Part shown: one piece after another, positions 1 through 9,573 of the stretch
How the letters are laid out: each line of letters starts with the position of its first letter
Numbering within the stretch: position 1 is the stretch's first letter
Assembly (NCBI GenBank): GCA_029548865.1
Contig: JAKPMO010000017.1
Coordinates: 1 to 15,876 of the forward strand
Length of the DNA: 15,876 nucleotides
From: Caldisericota bacterium
Lineage (GTDB): Bacteria > Caldisericota > Caldisericia > JAAYUI01
Reading direction: 5' to 3'
Made by a program: the position numbers and the translations under genes
The notes under the pieces: generated by a model
The model's input: the letters and a program-made list of their open reading frames with translations, nothing else
Told to the model about the DNA's origin: nothing
The model's database searches: none

Positions 1-2493
1 GGTGGTGGTGTCTTCACCCACCTTGAGCACCTTCTTTGCCCTCTGGCCTGTTGCATAGTATGTGAACTCTATAGTGTCACCGTTTGGCTTTGTTACCTTT
101 GTCACCTGACCTTCATCGTTGTAGGTGAGGTATGTCCAACCGGGGGTCAAAAGTGGGGCGGAGGGGGTATCGGGGTTGTAACTGCTATTACCATAACCAA
201 GGGAAGGGGTGGTGTCGTTGTATCTGGAGTTGATGAGGACCATTGGGGAGTGGGGGAGAGTCTTATCTTGCGCAAAATAGACCTGGTGAGGCCCAAAGCT
301 CGTCATCCTTCCTGCCTTGTCGTACACGTAATCGATTGTGTCGGTTCCGTTGTTGCTCTGGGTGAGTTGGTCAGAGGCATTGTAGGTATAGGAAGTTGTG
401 ACCAACCCAACGGTTTTTGAGGAGCAGTTGTATGCGTCATCATAGACCAGCGAGGTCGTGACAGAACCATCAACAACCTGGGTAACTTGCCCCATCGCAT
501 CGTATGTGTATGAGTGCGTTCCATCTGCATCCTGCATCTGGGTGCGCTGTCCGATATCATCAAATGTGTAGGTCCAGTCGTACTTGTTTGTTGTACCATA
601 GTCAACAGAAACCGCCGAGGCCTTGTAAAGATCATTGAGTGTGTAGTCATAGACTACATCTTGCAAGCCTGGAACAGTTTTCTTTGTGAGCCTGCCCGAG
701 GCATTGTACTGATATGCCACCGAGCTGAGCAGCTCTGGCGGTTTGAAACCAGTCAATCTCCTGTTTGTATAGCTGTAAGTGTAGTTTCCCCTGGGATTGG
801 TTTTTGAGGTCAGGAGAGCACCACTGCCCCTTGTATAGTCAACCTGCCAGTTGTATGGCGAGACATATCTTGTCAGTTCACCACTGGCCGCATAGGTGAA
901 TGAATGCGTGCCAAGCGGCTCCGTGATCGAGGTAATATCGCCAGTCAATTGGCTAAATGCATAGGTTATGGTCGAGGAGTCAGAATGCGTGACACCTGAC
1001 ATGCGCTTTAGCAGGTCATAGGTGAACTGCATCTCCTGGTTCTCGCCATTTTTAAATGATGTTTTGAGGCCATCGTTCGTGAACTCGGAGACCTCTGGTT
1101 CCTGGACTCCTGGCCAGTAAACGTTTGTTGGCCTTTGCCAATCGTCGTATGTGTATGTCGTTTCATGGTTTTTCGGATCAGTTTTCTTTATGAGGTTGCC
1201 ATCCTGGTAGGTATAAGACCAGATTTTTCCTTTTGCATCAGTTACAGATGATATTCTGCCCGCGTCATCATAGGTGTAGCTGGCGGTATTCCCTAAGTCA
1301 TTTTCGACTTCCGAGATGCCGCAGGGATTGTATGTTAGATTTGTCTGGGCACCGTTGGGCGCCTCAATCTTGGTCATCCTTCCAGCATTGTCGTATGCGT
1401 AATTGGTTGTCTTTCCCATCTCATCGGAGGTTGATGCGACCAGATTAGTCAGATTCTTGTAAGTGCGGTCCTGGTGGTTGCCATTAGGGTCAGTCAACCT
1501 TGTTGGGCGCCCCCAGTCATCATAGGTGGCCGTCAAATAGTATCCGTCTTCCCAAGAGACCTTGTTTATTCTGCCATTGTCAGTGTACTCAAGAGTAATC
1601 AGGTGCCCATCCGGTGGTACATACCTGTTTATCCTGCCGTTCTGGTCCTTGAGCCACTCTTCGGTGCGGTTTCCTGGATGAATAATCTTTTTTACGGTCG
1701 AATCATCATTGTAGTAAATGTTGGTTTCTTTGCCTTGAGGGTCGGTGACTTTCTTCAGTAGACCAGTTTCGCTCAAATACTCATAGCTTGAAGTCTGGCT
1801 ATCTTTGGTGATCGATGACACTCTCCCTTTTGTATCATAATTGAAGCTGGACGTAACAGTGTGGTTTGTTGGACCTTCAACAATCTGTGAAATCTGGCCT
1901 TTCGTATTGTATGAAAATTCAGCAGGGTAATTGCCGGTGACTTTTGACAATCTGTCCTTCTGGTCATAAATGAAATTGTAGCTCTCTCCCGTTGGATAAT
2001 TGATTCCCAATGGTTTACCATCATCGGTCCAAGTCATTGTGGTTTCAATTGTTCCACTACCGCAAGAGCTCGATTTCAGCTTTATTGGCTGGTTTGAAGC
2101 GTCATACTCAATCTCTCTTGTTTCACCCGTTGGATGATTGACCCTTCTTGGCAATCCATTGTCATAATATTCGTAGGTGGTTTCAGAACCATTCCCATTT
2201 TTAGATTTCATCATGTTTCCACATTGATCAGTATACTCGTATGTAGTCTCCGGTCTTTGCTTGTTTAATGGAGCATCATACTGGACTTTTGCAACCTGAC
2301 CCGTGTGTGATGGAGATCCTTCAACCTCATAGTCATACGTATATGTTGTACCCTGAAATTCACATCCTTTTATGATGCTCTTGAGATCACCATAATCGTT
2401 GTATGTGTAGGTCCAAAGTTTTACCAAATCACATGTAGGATTGGTTGGATAATCGCACCAGACCACCTCCTCAAGCGGATCCCCCTTTATATC
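1..2493 (-). CDS. Rhs/YD-repeat protein, C-terminal-side segment (partial; open frame runs off the left edge; apparent frameshifted continuation of 2471..4567)
   Basis: Manual translation: no stop from 2493 (just after an in-frame TAG at 2496-2494) down to base 1, 831 codons. It is missing from the ORF track because it has no stop in the window. Many YD repeats: TYTYNDYGDL, TTYEYYDNGLP, FIYDQKDRL, ATYDDWGRPTRLTDPNGN, YAYDNAGRMTKI, YTYDDAGRISSVTDAKG, YTYDAMGQVT, YVYDKAGRMT, YYATGQRAKK. Confidence 0.9.
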
Positions 2494-4567
2494 CTATGCC
2501 CAATACATTGTCCTCAGTCGTTTTTGTTGTGTATTGATCATAAAAATAATGGCAATCTTGTGAATGGTGAATTTGCCAGTGCCATCTTTGCACCGATTCC
2601 TCCTGGTTGTTCGGTATGTGGTGGTCTGTGAACTCTACCTTTCCCGGTTCCCCTTGTTTATATTGGATATTCAAACCTTTTGGCTTCATCTCTCCAAGCT
2701 GAGTGTATTCAATGTTTTCATAAACATAAACGCCATTTAATTTTATGTTTTTCAGATAAGTGAGCCCACTCGGATAGGTTCCATACTCAAATTCGCAATC
2801 AGTCGGGTCTGTCGTATTATCTCTCACTTTTACCAATCTGGTTGTCCCAGGGAGATAGAAAAATTCAAGATTCCTGCTCGAATAATCGTTTCTTACATTG
2901 GTCAAAAGACCCTCTGGAGAGTAATAAAGATAGAAATATCTTCCCTGGCAATCTAGGTACTTCACTGGCAGATAGTTACCATTGGGCATTAATTTGAATT
3001 CAATCTTTGTACCATCCTTATGGTGTAATCTTATCCATGGGTTATTCTCCTCATCAAAGAATTCTTCAGCCATGAGGTGAGATTTTTCCGCTTTCCATGA
3101 TCTGGGGGTTGTGCCCTGACTGGCAAGCCTTGTGAGCGTGCCAGTTGATCCACGCAATATAAGATAATCCTCACACCATGGGGTCAATTTCACCTGGTAA
3201 TTGTGTACCCATCCCCATCCAATACCTGTGTCGATATAGGATTGTGAATTATACGTAATCGAGAAATTCATCGACAAAGCAGACGACCCTTTGACCGGCA
3301 GCGAGAATGGACTGAAATCAGTAATAAAATTCAGGTTGGCAGTATTCAGAAGATGGTTCCCATCATTTAGCTCTTCATAAAATGTTTGGTGTTCTTTGCC
3401 GATATCATTTCCAAGGCAATCCCCATTCCAGTTTGCCTGTATATAGCTGCCGAGTGTATCATCCGGTTCATAATAGACATAGTTGACCGCCATAACTGGC
3501 AAAGGTTGGTTTACAATACAAAGTGTGGATGCAATATCTTGTTGCTTGAAACCAAGCCCAATGTTTGTTGAAGTGCCGCTGGCTTCTCTGACAGCGGCTG
3601 TTATATCAACAATCCCGCACCTTGATGGGCACTGGAAAGTATCTATCAGATCTCCCTGGGGCTGGTTTTCCCAGTTTATGTCTTGCCCATTCCAGTTTGT
3701 GCCAATATTTAATATCCCAACATTTGTGCTAACACATGAATTGATAATATTGGAAAAATCAAGAGTGGCCTCTGTTATGTAAACATTTTGCAAATTGCCA
3801 AACTCATAGTTTATGTATGTGTTGGAAACAATACTCTGCGGTGGTTCCTGGACGATGTAATTTGTCACATCAAATCTTGAATTTGGAAGGACGTACTTTG
3901 TAACTTGACCATTGTCATTCACAAGTGATGCAAAATCTACTACTGATGGAATACTTGCCCCAACTGGACTTGTGGTCATTGACTTCATGGGGTCTATGGT
4001 TAAGGTATATATTTTTCCAAATTCATTTTTGGCTGGTCCTGGTTTGATGATGGCTTCTCTTCCTGAAGCGTTAGTAATACTGACTATAATGCCAGCGTTT
4101 TTGTTTTGTTCGGTTTCTCTTGCTGCTTTGGAGAGATCAACGCTCCCGGCTGGCTGGAAATACTTTTCATAAGTGATCGAGTCATCACAGAAATTTGTAA
4201 TATCACCAATTTGACATGTCCCAACTCTCACAAAAATATTGTCATCATCTGAAAATTTGACTTTCGATGGTCCCTTGTATCTAGGGCTGAGAAGTTTTAC
4301 TTGTTGGCCAGCACCTATCTTGAAACCATTATCATCAATCTTTTCCCAGCCAGAATTCTTGTCTGGCACATAGAATGTGCTAGATGCCAAAACACCGCTA
4401 TTTATTGATGAAAGATTGTAAATACTCTGGCTCAATGTCGATGGAGGTACTGCATGAGCTGTTTGTGATTGTGTTTTTGAATCATCGCCGTTGTCTTTGC
4501 TCACCACAAAACTAACCTGTGAAAACATCAGAATGATCGCCATCGCCGGAACAACAAATTTGCGCAT
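2471..4567 (-). CDS. Secreted Rhs-family protein, N-terminal segment (signal peptide, DNRLRE-like region, DUF6531-like domain, first YD repeats)
   Basis: 698 aa ORF. The start MRKFVVPAMAIILMFSQVSFVVS looks like a Sec signal peptide, with an SD-like GGGGGTG just upstream. ITEATLDF...WNGQDINWENQP resembles DNRLRE-type modules. FSITYNSQSYIDTGIGWGWVHNY matches the DUF6531-type RxYNS...GxGW pattern of Rhs proteins. YD-like motifs follow (YLYYSPEGLLTNV, IEYTQLGEM). Confidence 0.8.
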   Translation of the reverse strand: MRKFVVPAMAIILMFSQVSFVVSKDNGDDSKTQSQTAHAVPPSTLSQSIYNLSSINSGVLASSTFYVPDKNSGWEKIDDNGFKIGAGQQVKLLSPRYKGPSKVKFSDDDNIFVRVGTCQIGDITNFCDDSITYEKYFQPAGSVDLSKAARETEQNKNAGIIVSITNASGREAIIKPGPAKNEFGKIYTLTIDPMKSMTTSPVGASIPSVVDFASLVNDNGQVTKYVLPNSRFDVTNYIVQEPPQSIVSNTYINYEFGNLQNVYITEATLDFSNIINSCVSTNVGILNIGTNWNGQDINWENQPQGDLIDTFQCPSRCGIVDITAAVREASGTSTNIGLGFKQQDIASTLCIVNQPLPVMAVNYVYYEPDDTLGSYIQANWNGDCLGNDIGKEHQTFYEELNDGNHLLNTANLNFITDFSPFSLPVKGSSALSMNFSITYNSQSYIDTGIGWGWVHNYQVKLTPWCEDYLILRGSTGTLTRLASQGTTPRSWKAEKSHLMAEEFFDEENNPWIRLHHKDGTKIEFKLMPNGNYLPVKYLDCQGRYFYLYYSPEGLLTNVRNDYSSRNLEFFYLPGTTRLVKVRDNTTDPTDCEFEYGTYPSGLTYLKNIKLNGVYVYENIEYTQLGEMKPKGLNIQYKQGEPGKVEFTDHHIPNNQEESVQRWHWQIHHSQDCHYFYDQYTTKTTEDNVLGIGYKGGSA

Positions 4568-4848
4568 ATCCCACCCCCAATGTTATTTTTATGAATAAAC
4601 ATAAATCTGTTTCCCAGTAGCATCAATTATCCTGGATTAATCAATAATGAACCAAATATCAATTCGATGTCTGGATTTTGTTAATTATATTTTCGTAAAA
4701 AAGATGGTCGAAAAAATGTATGATGGATTTTGAAATATTGCACAATCAAATGCTATCCAACGCTATTTTTTGGAGGACATCATTTTTTGTGTTTATGGTT
4801 TCGATCCTTTTGCCTGTTTTGATATTTTCGAAAACCTAAGTGAAGGGT

Positions 4849-4868
4849 TGTGACAAAATGCTGTCACA
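4849..4868. promoter_or_regulatory. Perfect inverted repeat TGTGACA-AAATGC-TGTCACA, putative operator of a dimeric transcription factor
   Basis: 7-6-7 palindrome read directly in the AT-rich intergenic region, ~60 bp upstream of the predicted cas promoter. The operator role is inferred. Confidence 0.55.
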
Positions 4869-4928
4869 GGTCATGTGTATAAATGGGAAGGCTATCTTGA
4901 ATAATGGTTTAATGTCTTGTTGATTATA

Positions 4929-4958
4929 TGGACATGTTGATGAAAAAGGTGCTATAAT
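4929..4958 (+). promoter_or_regulatory. Putative sigma70-type promoter of the cas operon
   Basis: TGGACA (4929-4934, 5/6 match to TTGACA), an 18-nt spacer, then TATAAT (4953-4958) preceded by an extended -10 TG at 4950-4951. A second TATAAT is at 4966-4971. GGAG SD at 4995-4998 lies 7 nt before the cas3 GTG. Confidence 0.55.
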
Positions 4959-5005
4959 ATTTTTGTATAATATTATCTATAACATTTAAATAGTGGAGAC
5001 AAATC

Positions 5006-7870
5006 GTGAAAAAATCATTGCTTTTTTGGGGAAAAACTCTTCAGGAAAAAGATACAACAAATAGTGGTGTTGTAATAGCAAAAAGTCACCCATTGCTCTT
5101 CCATATGGTTGATGTCGCCAGTGTTACAGAAAAGATATTTGAAAGGGCGATCAGTGATCACATAAAAAAGAATTTGAAAACACTATACCAAAATGAGGAC
5201 GATTCTTCTCTATCCTCAAAGATTGCCTTCCTTGCAGGGTTGCATGATTTGGGAAAAGCTACCCCGCCATTTCAGGGTCTTTGGCGTGAAGGAGCAAAAG
5301 AACTTTCAGCCGAGGGCTTGAAGTTCCCTCCTGTAAATGACAAGACAAAAAATCACGGATTGATGACTTCCTCATTGATTTTTGCAGAATTTGAGTCCAC
5401 AAAAGACAAGGACAAACTAACAAATCAAATTGGGAGGAAGATAGCCATATCTCTTGGCGGTCATCACGGACTGATGAGTGATTGCTACGTCTGGAAAGAT
5501 TTCGCAAGTCACAAGTTTTTCTCCGGATCCGCATCATGGCTGGAGGCACGCAAAGAACTGCTGTCCGATTACTACAAATGCATCTATGAGATGGACATGG
5601 GTGAAAAAACACTCAAGGAAGCGATACTGGAAGCCCTCCCAAAAGATGAATCATTGAAAATCCTTCAGTCAAATGATTCATTTTTTGCATTTCTCTCCGG
5701 CCTTGTTTCTGTTGCCGACTGGGTTGGTTCATCAACCGATTGGTTTGAATTTCATGAGCCTGATGACTCCACAAGCGCAATTGATGATTATCTAAGTCAC
5801 TCCAGAGAGTCGGCTGCAAGGGCCGTTGACAACGTGTGGCCTGAAGAAACCGGCGAACAAAAGATGTTTGCGAATGGCGAAGAGCTATTTTCATACATAT
5901 TCCCAGAGATTAGACAGGGTCCAAGGCCACTTCAGAGAAAGTGCATTGATATTGCCCCCACCTCTAGTGATGGGAAAATGGATTCAAATCAGATAGTAAT
6001 AATTGAAGCACCAACTGGTGAAGGGAAAACTGAGGCAGCATTCTACCTCTTTGATTCCTGGCAGAGACAAAATGTTGCTCATGGTGCCTATATTGCTTTG
6101 CCGACCATGGCAACATCAAACCAGATGTTTTCGCGTTTCAAAAATTTCCTCTCGAGGGGTCATGGAGAAAAGATTACCTTAAATCTTTTGCACTCAATGA
6201 AATTCTTTAATGATGATTTCAGGGAGCTAAAGATAGTTGGTGCAAACGACCAGGGCTACTCTGATACAATCGTTGCCAATTCATGGTTTCAAAAATCCAA
6301 GAGGGGGCTCATAACACCTTATGCCGTAGGGACAATCGACCAGTCCCTAATGGGTGCACTTCAAGTGAAGCATATGTTTGTGAGGCTTTTTGGGCTGGCC
6401 GGGAAAACCGTAATCTTTGATGAAGTCCACGCCTATGATACATATATGAGCAATTTACTTGACATGCTCATAAGCTGGCTTTCAGAGCTGGGTTCGTCAG
6501 TGATAATTCTTTCAGCAACCCTTCCAGAAAAAAGAAAGAGGGAGCTATTAAAAGCTTTTTGTAGAGATAGTGTAAAGGGAGAGGCCAAAAATACTTATCC
6601 TGCAATAACTTATACCAGCAAAAACAAGAAAATTGAGTCTGCCACATTCCAGTCAAACAAGGAAGTAAGGCCGGTTGTGACACTCAAGAAAGCTGGATCC
6701 AGCATCCAGGAGACTGCCGACACAATCATGGATCTAATCGATCAAGGTGGTTGTGCGGCCTGGATATGCAACACTGTAAACCAGTCTCAGGAAGCTTTTC
6801 ACTACTTAAAAGAGAAAGCTCCTGCCGATGTGGAACTTGTTCTCTTCCATGCAAGATTTACTGCCTCAGACAGACTTGGCATTGAAGATCGCGTCCTTTC
6901 AATGATGGGCAAGGGGCAACAGGCAAAGAGGCCCAAAAAAGCAATTGTTGTTGCAACCCAGGTCATCGAGCAGAGCCTTGACCTTGATTTCGATGTTATG
7001 GTAAGCGAATTTGCTCCAATCGACCTCCTTGTTCAAAGGGTTGGGAGGCTCCACAGACACAAAAGGGAACAAAGACCTCCTAAGGTTTCTGAGCCTGCGA
7101 TGTTTGTCCAGTTTCCAGAAAAGAAAGATGGCATCCCCGATTTCGGCCCCAGCAAATACATTTATGAAGAGTATGTTCTGGCAAAAACATTGCTCACCCT
7201 TGAGAACAGACTGAAAGAGGATTCTTATACTTTCTCTGACAGAGATGACACTGTAAAAAAACTGATCGAAGAGGTTTATGGAGATTCAGGGTCAGATGCC
7301 ATGGAGCTTGAAGGACACCTCAAAAAACTCAAAAAGAAATTTGATGAGAAAAATCAGGAAATAGAGTCAAATGCTAGAAAGATAATTATTGACTACCCGG
7401 TACAAATTCCAGCCGGGAAAAAACAAGCTGATGATTTCAGGTTCGCATTCATAAATTATTACAGGGATTGCAAGGCTCCGGACGATGATGATCCAGGCAA
7501 CCCAACAAAATTTGCCCCATTAACCAGGCTTTCCGATGGTCCATCTTTTAAAGCGGTTTGTCTTTTTGAGGATGGAGGAAAAACATACCTGGATCTTGAA
7601 ACAAAACAGCCTGTTGATATTTCAAAATCTCCGAAGAACATTCACGAAACAAATAGTCTAATTCAAAACTCTTTAACAATTTCAGGCTGGAAGAATTTCA
7701 ATATCTTGAAATCTCTTGCTAAACCTGAATCTTGGGCCAATTCGCCTTCCCTAAAAGGGATGCCAGTAATAATTTTCAAGAAAACCGATGGAGTATGGGT
7801 TTCTGTTGTGGATACAAAATTCCGGTATTCCAGAGAATTCGGGCTTGAGATTGCAAAGGAGGGTGATTGA
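5006..7870 (+). CDS. cas3: CRISPR-associated HD nuclease/SF2 helicase Cas3 (type I-E)
   Basis: 954 aa. HD-domain motifs HMVDVA, LHDLGKATPPFQ, GGHHG and SVADWVGS. Walker A APTGEGKT, DEVH, SAT, VATQVIEQSLDLDFD and QRVGRLHRH. GTG start with a GGAG SD. Confidence 0.97.
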   Translation: MKKSLLFWGKTLQEKDTTNSGVVIAKSHPLLFHMVDVASVTEKIFERAISDHIKKNLKTLYQNEDDSSLSSKIAFLAGLHDLGKATPPFQGLWREGAKELSAEGLKFPPVNDKTKNHGLMTSSLIFAEFESTKDKDKLTNQIGRKIAISLGGHHGLMSDCYVWKDFASHKFFSGSASWLEARKELLSDYYKCIYEMDMGEKTLKEAILEALPKDESLKILQSNDSFFAFLSGLVSVADWVGSSTDWFEFHEPDDSTSAIDDYLSHSRESAARAVDNVWPEETGEQKMFANGEELFSYIFPEIRQGPRPLQRKCIDIAPTSSDGKMDSNQIVIIEAPTGEGKTEAAFYLFDSWQRQNVAHGAYIALPTMATSNQMFSRFKNFLSRGHGEKITLNLLHSMKFFNDDFRELKIVGANDQGYSDTIVANSWFQKSKRGLITPYAVGTIDQSLMGALQVKHMFVRLFGLAGKTVIFDEVHAYDTYMSNLLDMLISWLSELGSSVIILSATLPEKRKRELLKAFCRDSVKGEAKNTYPAITYTSKNKKIESATFQSNKEVRPVVTLKKAGSSIQETADTIMDLIDQGGCAAWICNTVNQSQEAFHYLKEKAPADVELVLFHARFTASDRLGIEDRVLSMMGKGQQAKRPKKAIVVATQVIEQSLDLDFDVMVSEFAPIDLLVQRVGRLHRHKREQRPPKVSEPAMFVQFPEKKDGIPDFGPSKYIYEEYVLAKTLLTLENRLKEDSYTFSDRDDTVKKLIEEVYGDSGSDAMELEGHLKKLKKKFDEKNQEIESNARKIIIDYPVQIPAGKKQADDFRFAFINYYRDCKAPDDDDPGNPTKFAPLTRLSDGPSFKAVCLFEDGGKTYLDLETKQPVDISKSPKNIHETNSLIQNSLTISGWKNFNILKSLAKPESWANSPSLKGMPVIIFKKTDGVWVSVVDTKFRYSREFGLEIAKEGD

Positions 7871-9573
7871 TGGAGACAAAAGAATTCAACCTCCAAGATG
7901 AACCCTGGATCTGGTGCACTCTGAATGGAAAGTCCAAGGAGCTGAGTTCGAAAGATGTATTTAAAATGAGCCAGAACATTGGAGAAATCACAGATATCTC
8001 TCCAATGGTTACAATCAGCATCTACAGATTTCTTCTGGCCATTATGTACTCAGCATTCAGAGGGGAGAGGCGTTGGCCTGGAAAGCATGAAATCTGGTCG
8101 ATTGATGACTGGAAAAACATTCATGCCGATCCTGATGGCGCAATTGAGCAAATACTTGCCTACCTTGAAACTGTCCATGAAAGGATGTGGCTTTTCCACC
8201 CAGAATATCCATTCTATCAAAAACCTGACCTGAAACTAAAGGAATCAAAGGACCCGGAAGATGGCAAGATGCCAATCGGAAAAATGAGGATGTATGCCGC
8301 AAACAGCAGTCAGGGCACACTTTTTGACCACACTGTCGAATCGGACTTGTTTTCCACAAAATCTGTTTATCCTGATGAAGCGGCAAGACTATTGCTTGCA
8401 TTCCAGAATTTTGACATAGGCACGGCAGGTACTGCAGAGTATCATGATGATGGCCAAGAAACAAAATATCTGAAAGATTCATTGCTGAGAGGGGAGGCAG
8501 TAAACTTTTGGCAAGGAAAATCTCTTTTTCAAACACTCTTGCTGAACATGATTCCAGTGCATGAACTAGATGCCCTGTCAAAGCTTGGATACCCTGCAGG
8601 GGATTCATCCGATCGGCCCAGTTTTGAGGTTGATCCTGGCCATTTCTGGAAAGAACCGGGTTGTAGACAAAAAACTGAAAAAGGTGATTTTGTATATATA
8701 AAAAAAGTTGAAGGGATAATCGACTATCTGACTTGGCAAAGCAGAAAAACCAAGCTTTTCAGAAATGAGCAAAGCATGACAGTTTCATTTGCAAGAACAA
8801 AGGGGCTGGTTTTTCCCGGAAATGAAAATATGCTTGATCCATTTGTAATTTACAATTACAGGGAAGGGAAAAAACCTAGCGAAAGTGGCTGGAAAAGCAA
8901 AATACGATTGGATCCTGAAAAACAGGTTTGGAGAAGTCTGGACGTTCTTCTTGCCCGAACAATACCATCAAAACATGATTTTCTGCCGGCCCTCACAACA
9001 AAGTTTCTCTCAGAGACTTATTCAAAAGAAATATCAAATGGGGATATAAAACTCTCCCTGTTTTGTCATTACCAGGAAGCCAACCAGAGAATAAAAGACT
9101 GGTCACAACAAACCTTTCCCATACCAGCCACCTACATGAAAAACGAGAGCTTTGTAGATGGCATCGAAATTGTTTTAAATATTGGCAAAGAAATTAGTTG
9201 GGGCTTAAAAAAATCATCACAAACAATCATAGAAGAGCTCCTCGCTGGAAAAGAAAAATCAGTTCAAATTGATCTTGAATCCGATTTCTGGCCACTGCTG
9301 CAAATACCTTTTGCAAGGTTTGTAAATGATCTTGGCCAATATGATGAAGATGCCTTCTGGGATGATGCCTCCCAGCTAAAAATCAGGGAGATCTTTAGCA
9401 ACTGGCAAAATACGGTCATAGCACTGGCAAAGGACGTTTTTAACAGGGCCACAACAAAAATAAGATTTAACGCAAATGGCATAAATGCAATCATAAAAGG
9501 CCAGCAAGTGCTTGAGAGGTCAATAGATAAACTGAAAAGTAAGTATGAGATTGACAACGGAGGCGAGCAATGA
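7870..9573 (+). CDS. cas8e: Type I-E Cascade large subunit Cas8e (Cse1/CasA)
   Basis: FNLQDEPWI N-terminus, LFHPEYPFYQ, GTLFDH, EAARLLLAFQNF, SLFQTLLLN, DYLTWQSR, DPF, WRSL. Position after cas3. ATG at 7870 overlaps the cas3 TGA and is 7 nt after AAGGAGG (7856-7862), so it is preferred over TTG 7867. Confidence 0.92.
   Translation: METKEFNLQDEPWIWCTLNGKSKELSSKDVFKMSQNIGEITDISPMVTISIYRFLLAIMYSAFRGERRWPGKHEIWSIDDWKNIHADPDGAIEQILAYLETVHERMWLFHPEYPFYQKPDLKLKESKDPEDGKMPIGKMRMYAANSSQGTLFDHTVESDLFSTKSVYPDEAARLLLAFQNFDIGTAGTAEYHDDGQETKYLKDSLLRGEAVNFWQGKSLFQTLLLNMIPVHELDALSKLGYPAGDSSDRPSFEVDPGHFWKEPGCRQKTEKGDFVYIKKVEGIIDYLTWQSRKTKLFRNEQSMTVSFARTKGLVFPGNENMLDPFVIYNYREGKKPSESGWKSKIRLDPEKQVWRSLDVLLARTIPSKHDFLPALTTKFLSETYSKEISNGDIKLSLFCHYQEANQRIKDWSQQTFPIPATYMKNESFVDGIEIVLNIGKEISWGLKKSSQTIIEELLAGKEKSVQIDLESDFWPLLQIPFARFVNDLGQYDEDAFWDDASQLKIREIFSNWQNTVIALAKDVFNRATTKIRFNANGINAIIKGQQVLERSIDKLKSKYEIDNGGEQ

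Noticed and set aside
250..260. CTCTCCCCCAC on the minus strand resembles the start of the CRISPR repeat (10/11)
   Set aside because: It is isolated, lacks the second hairpin arm, and is explained by Leu-Pro-His codons in rhs.
303..2024. Short ORFs 303..650, 514..807, 1233..1448, 1474..1761 and 1773..2024
   Set aside because: They are shadow frames of the long open Rhs frame (1..2493, minus strand), which has clear YD repeats.
3290..3311. Partial similarity of spacer 3 (reverse complement) to the rhs gene: TTTGACCGGC ... AATGGA
   Set aside because: Only 10 contiguous bases plus a gapped 6-mer. Several 10-mer hits are expected by chance for 19 spacers against ~15 kb on both strands. I saw no full-length self-targeting match by eye.
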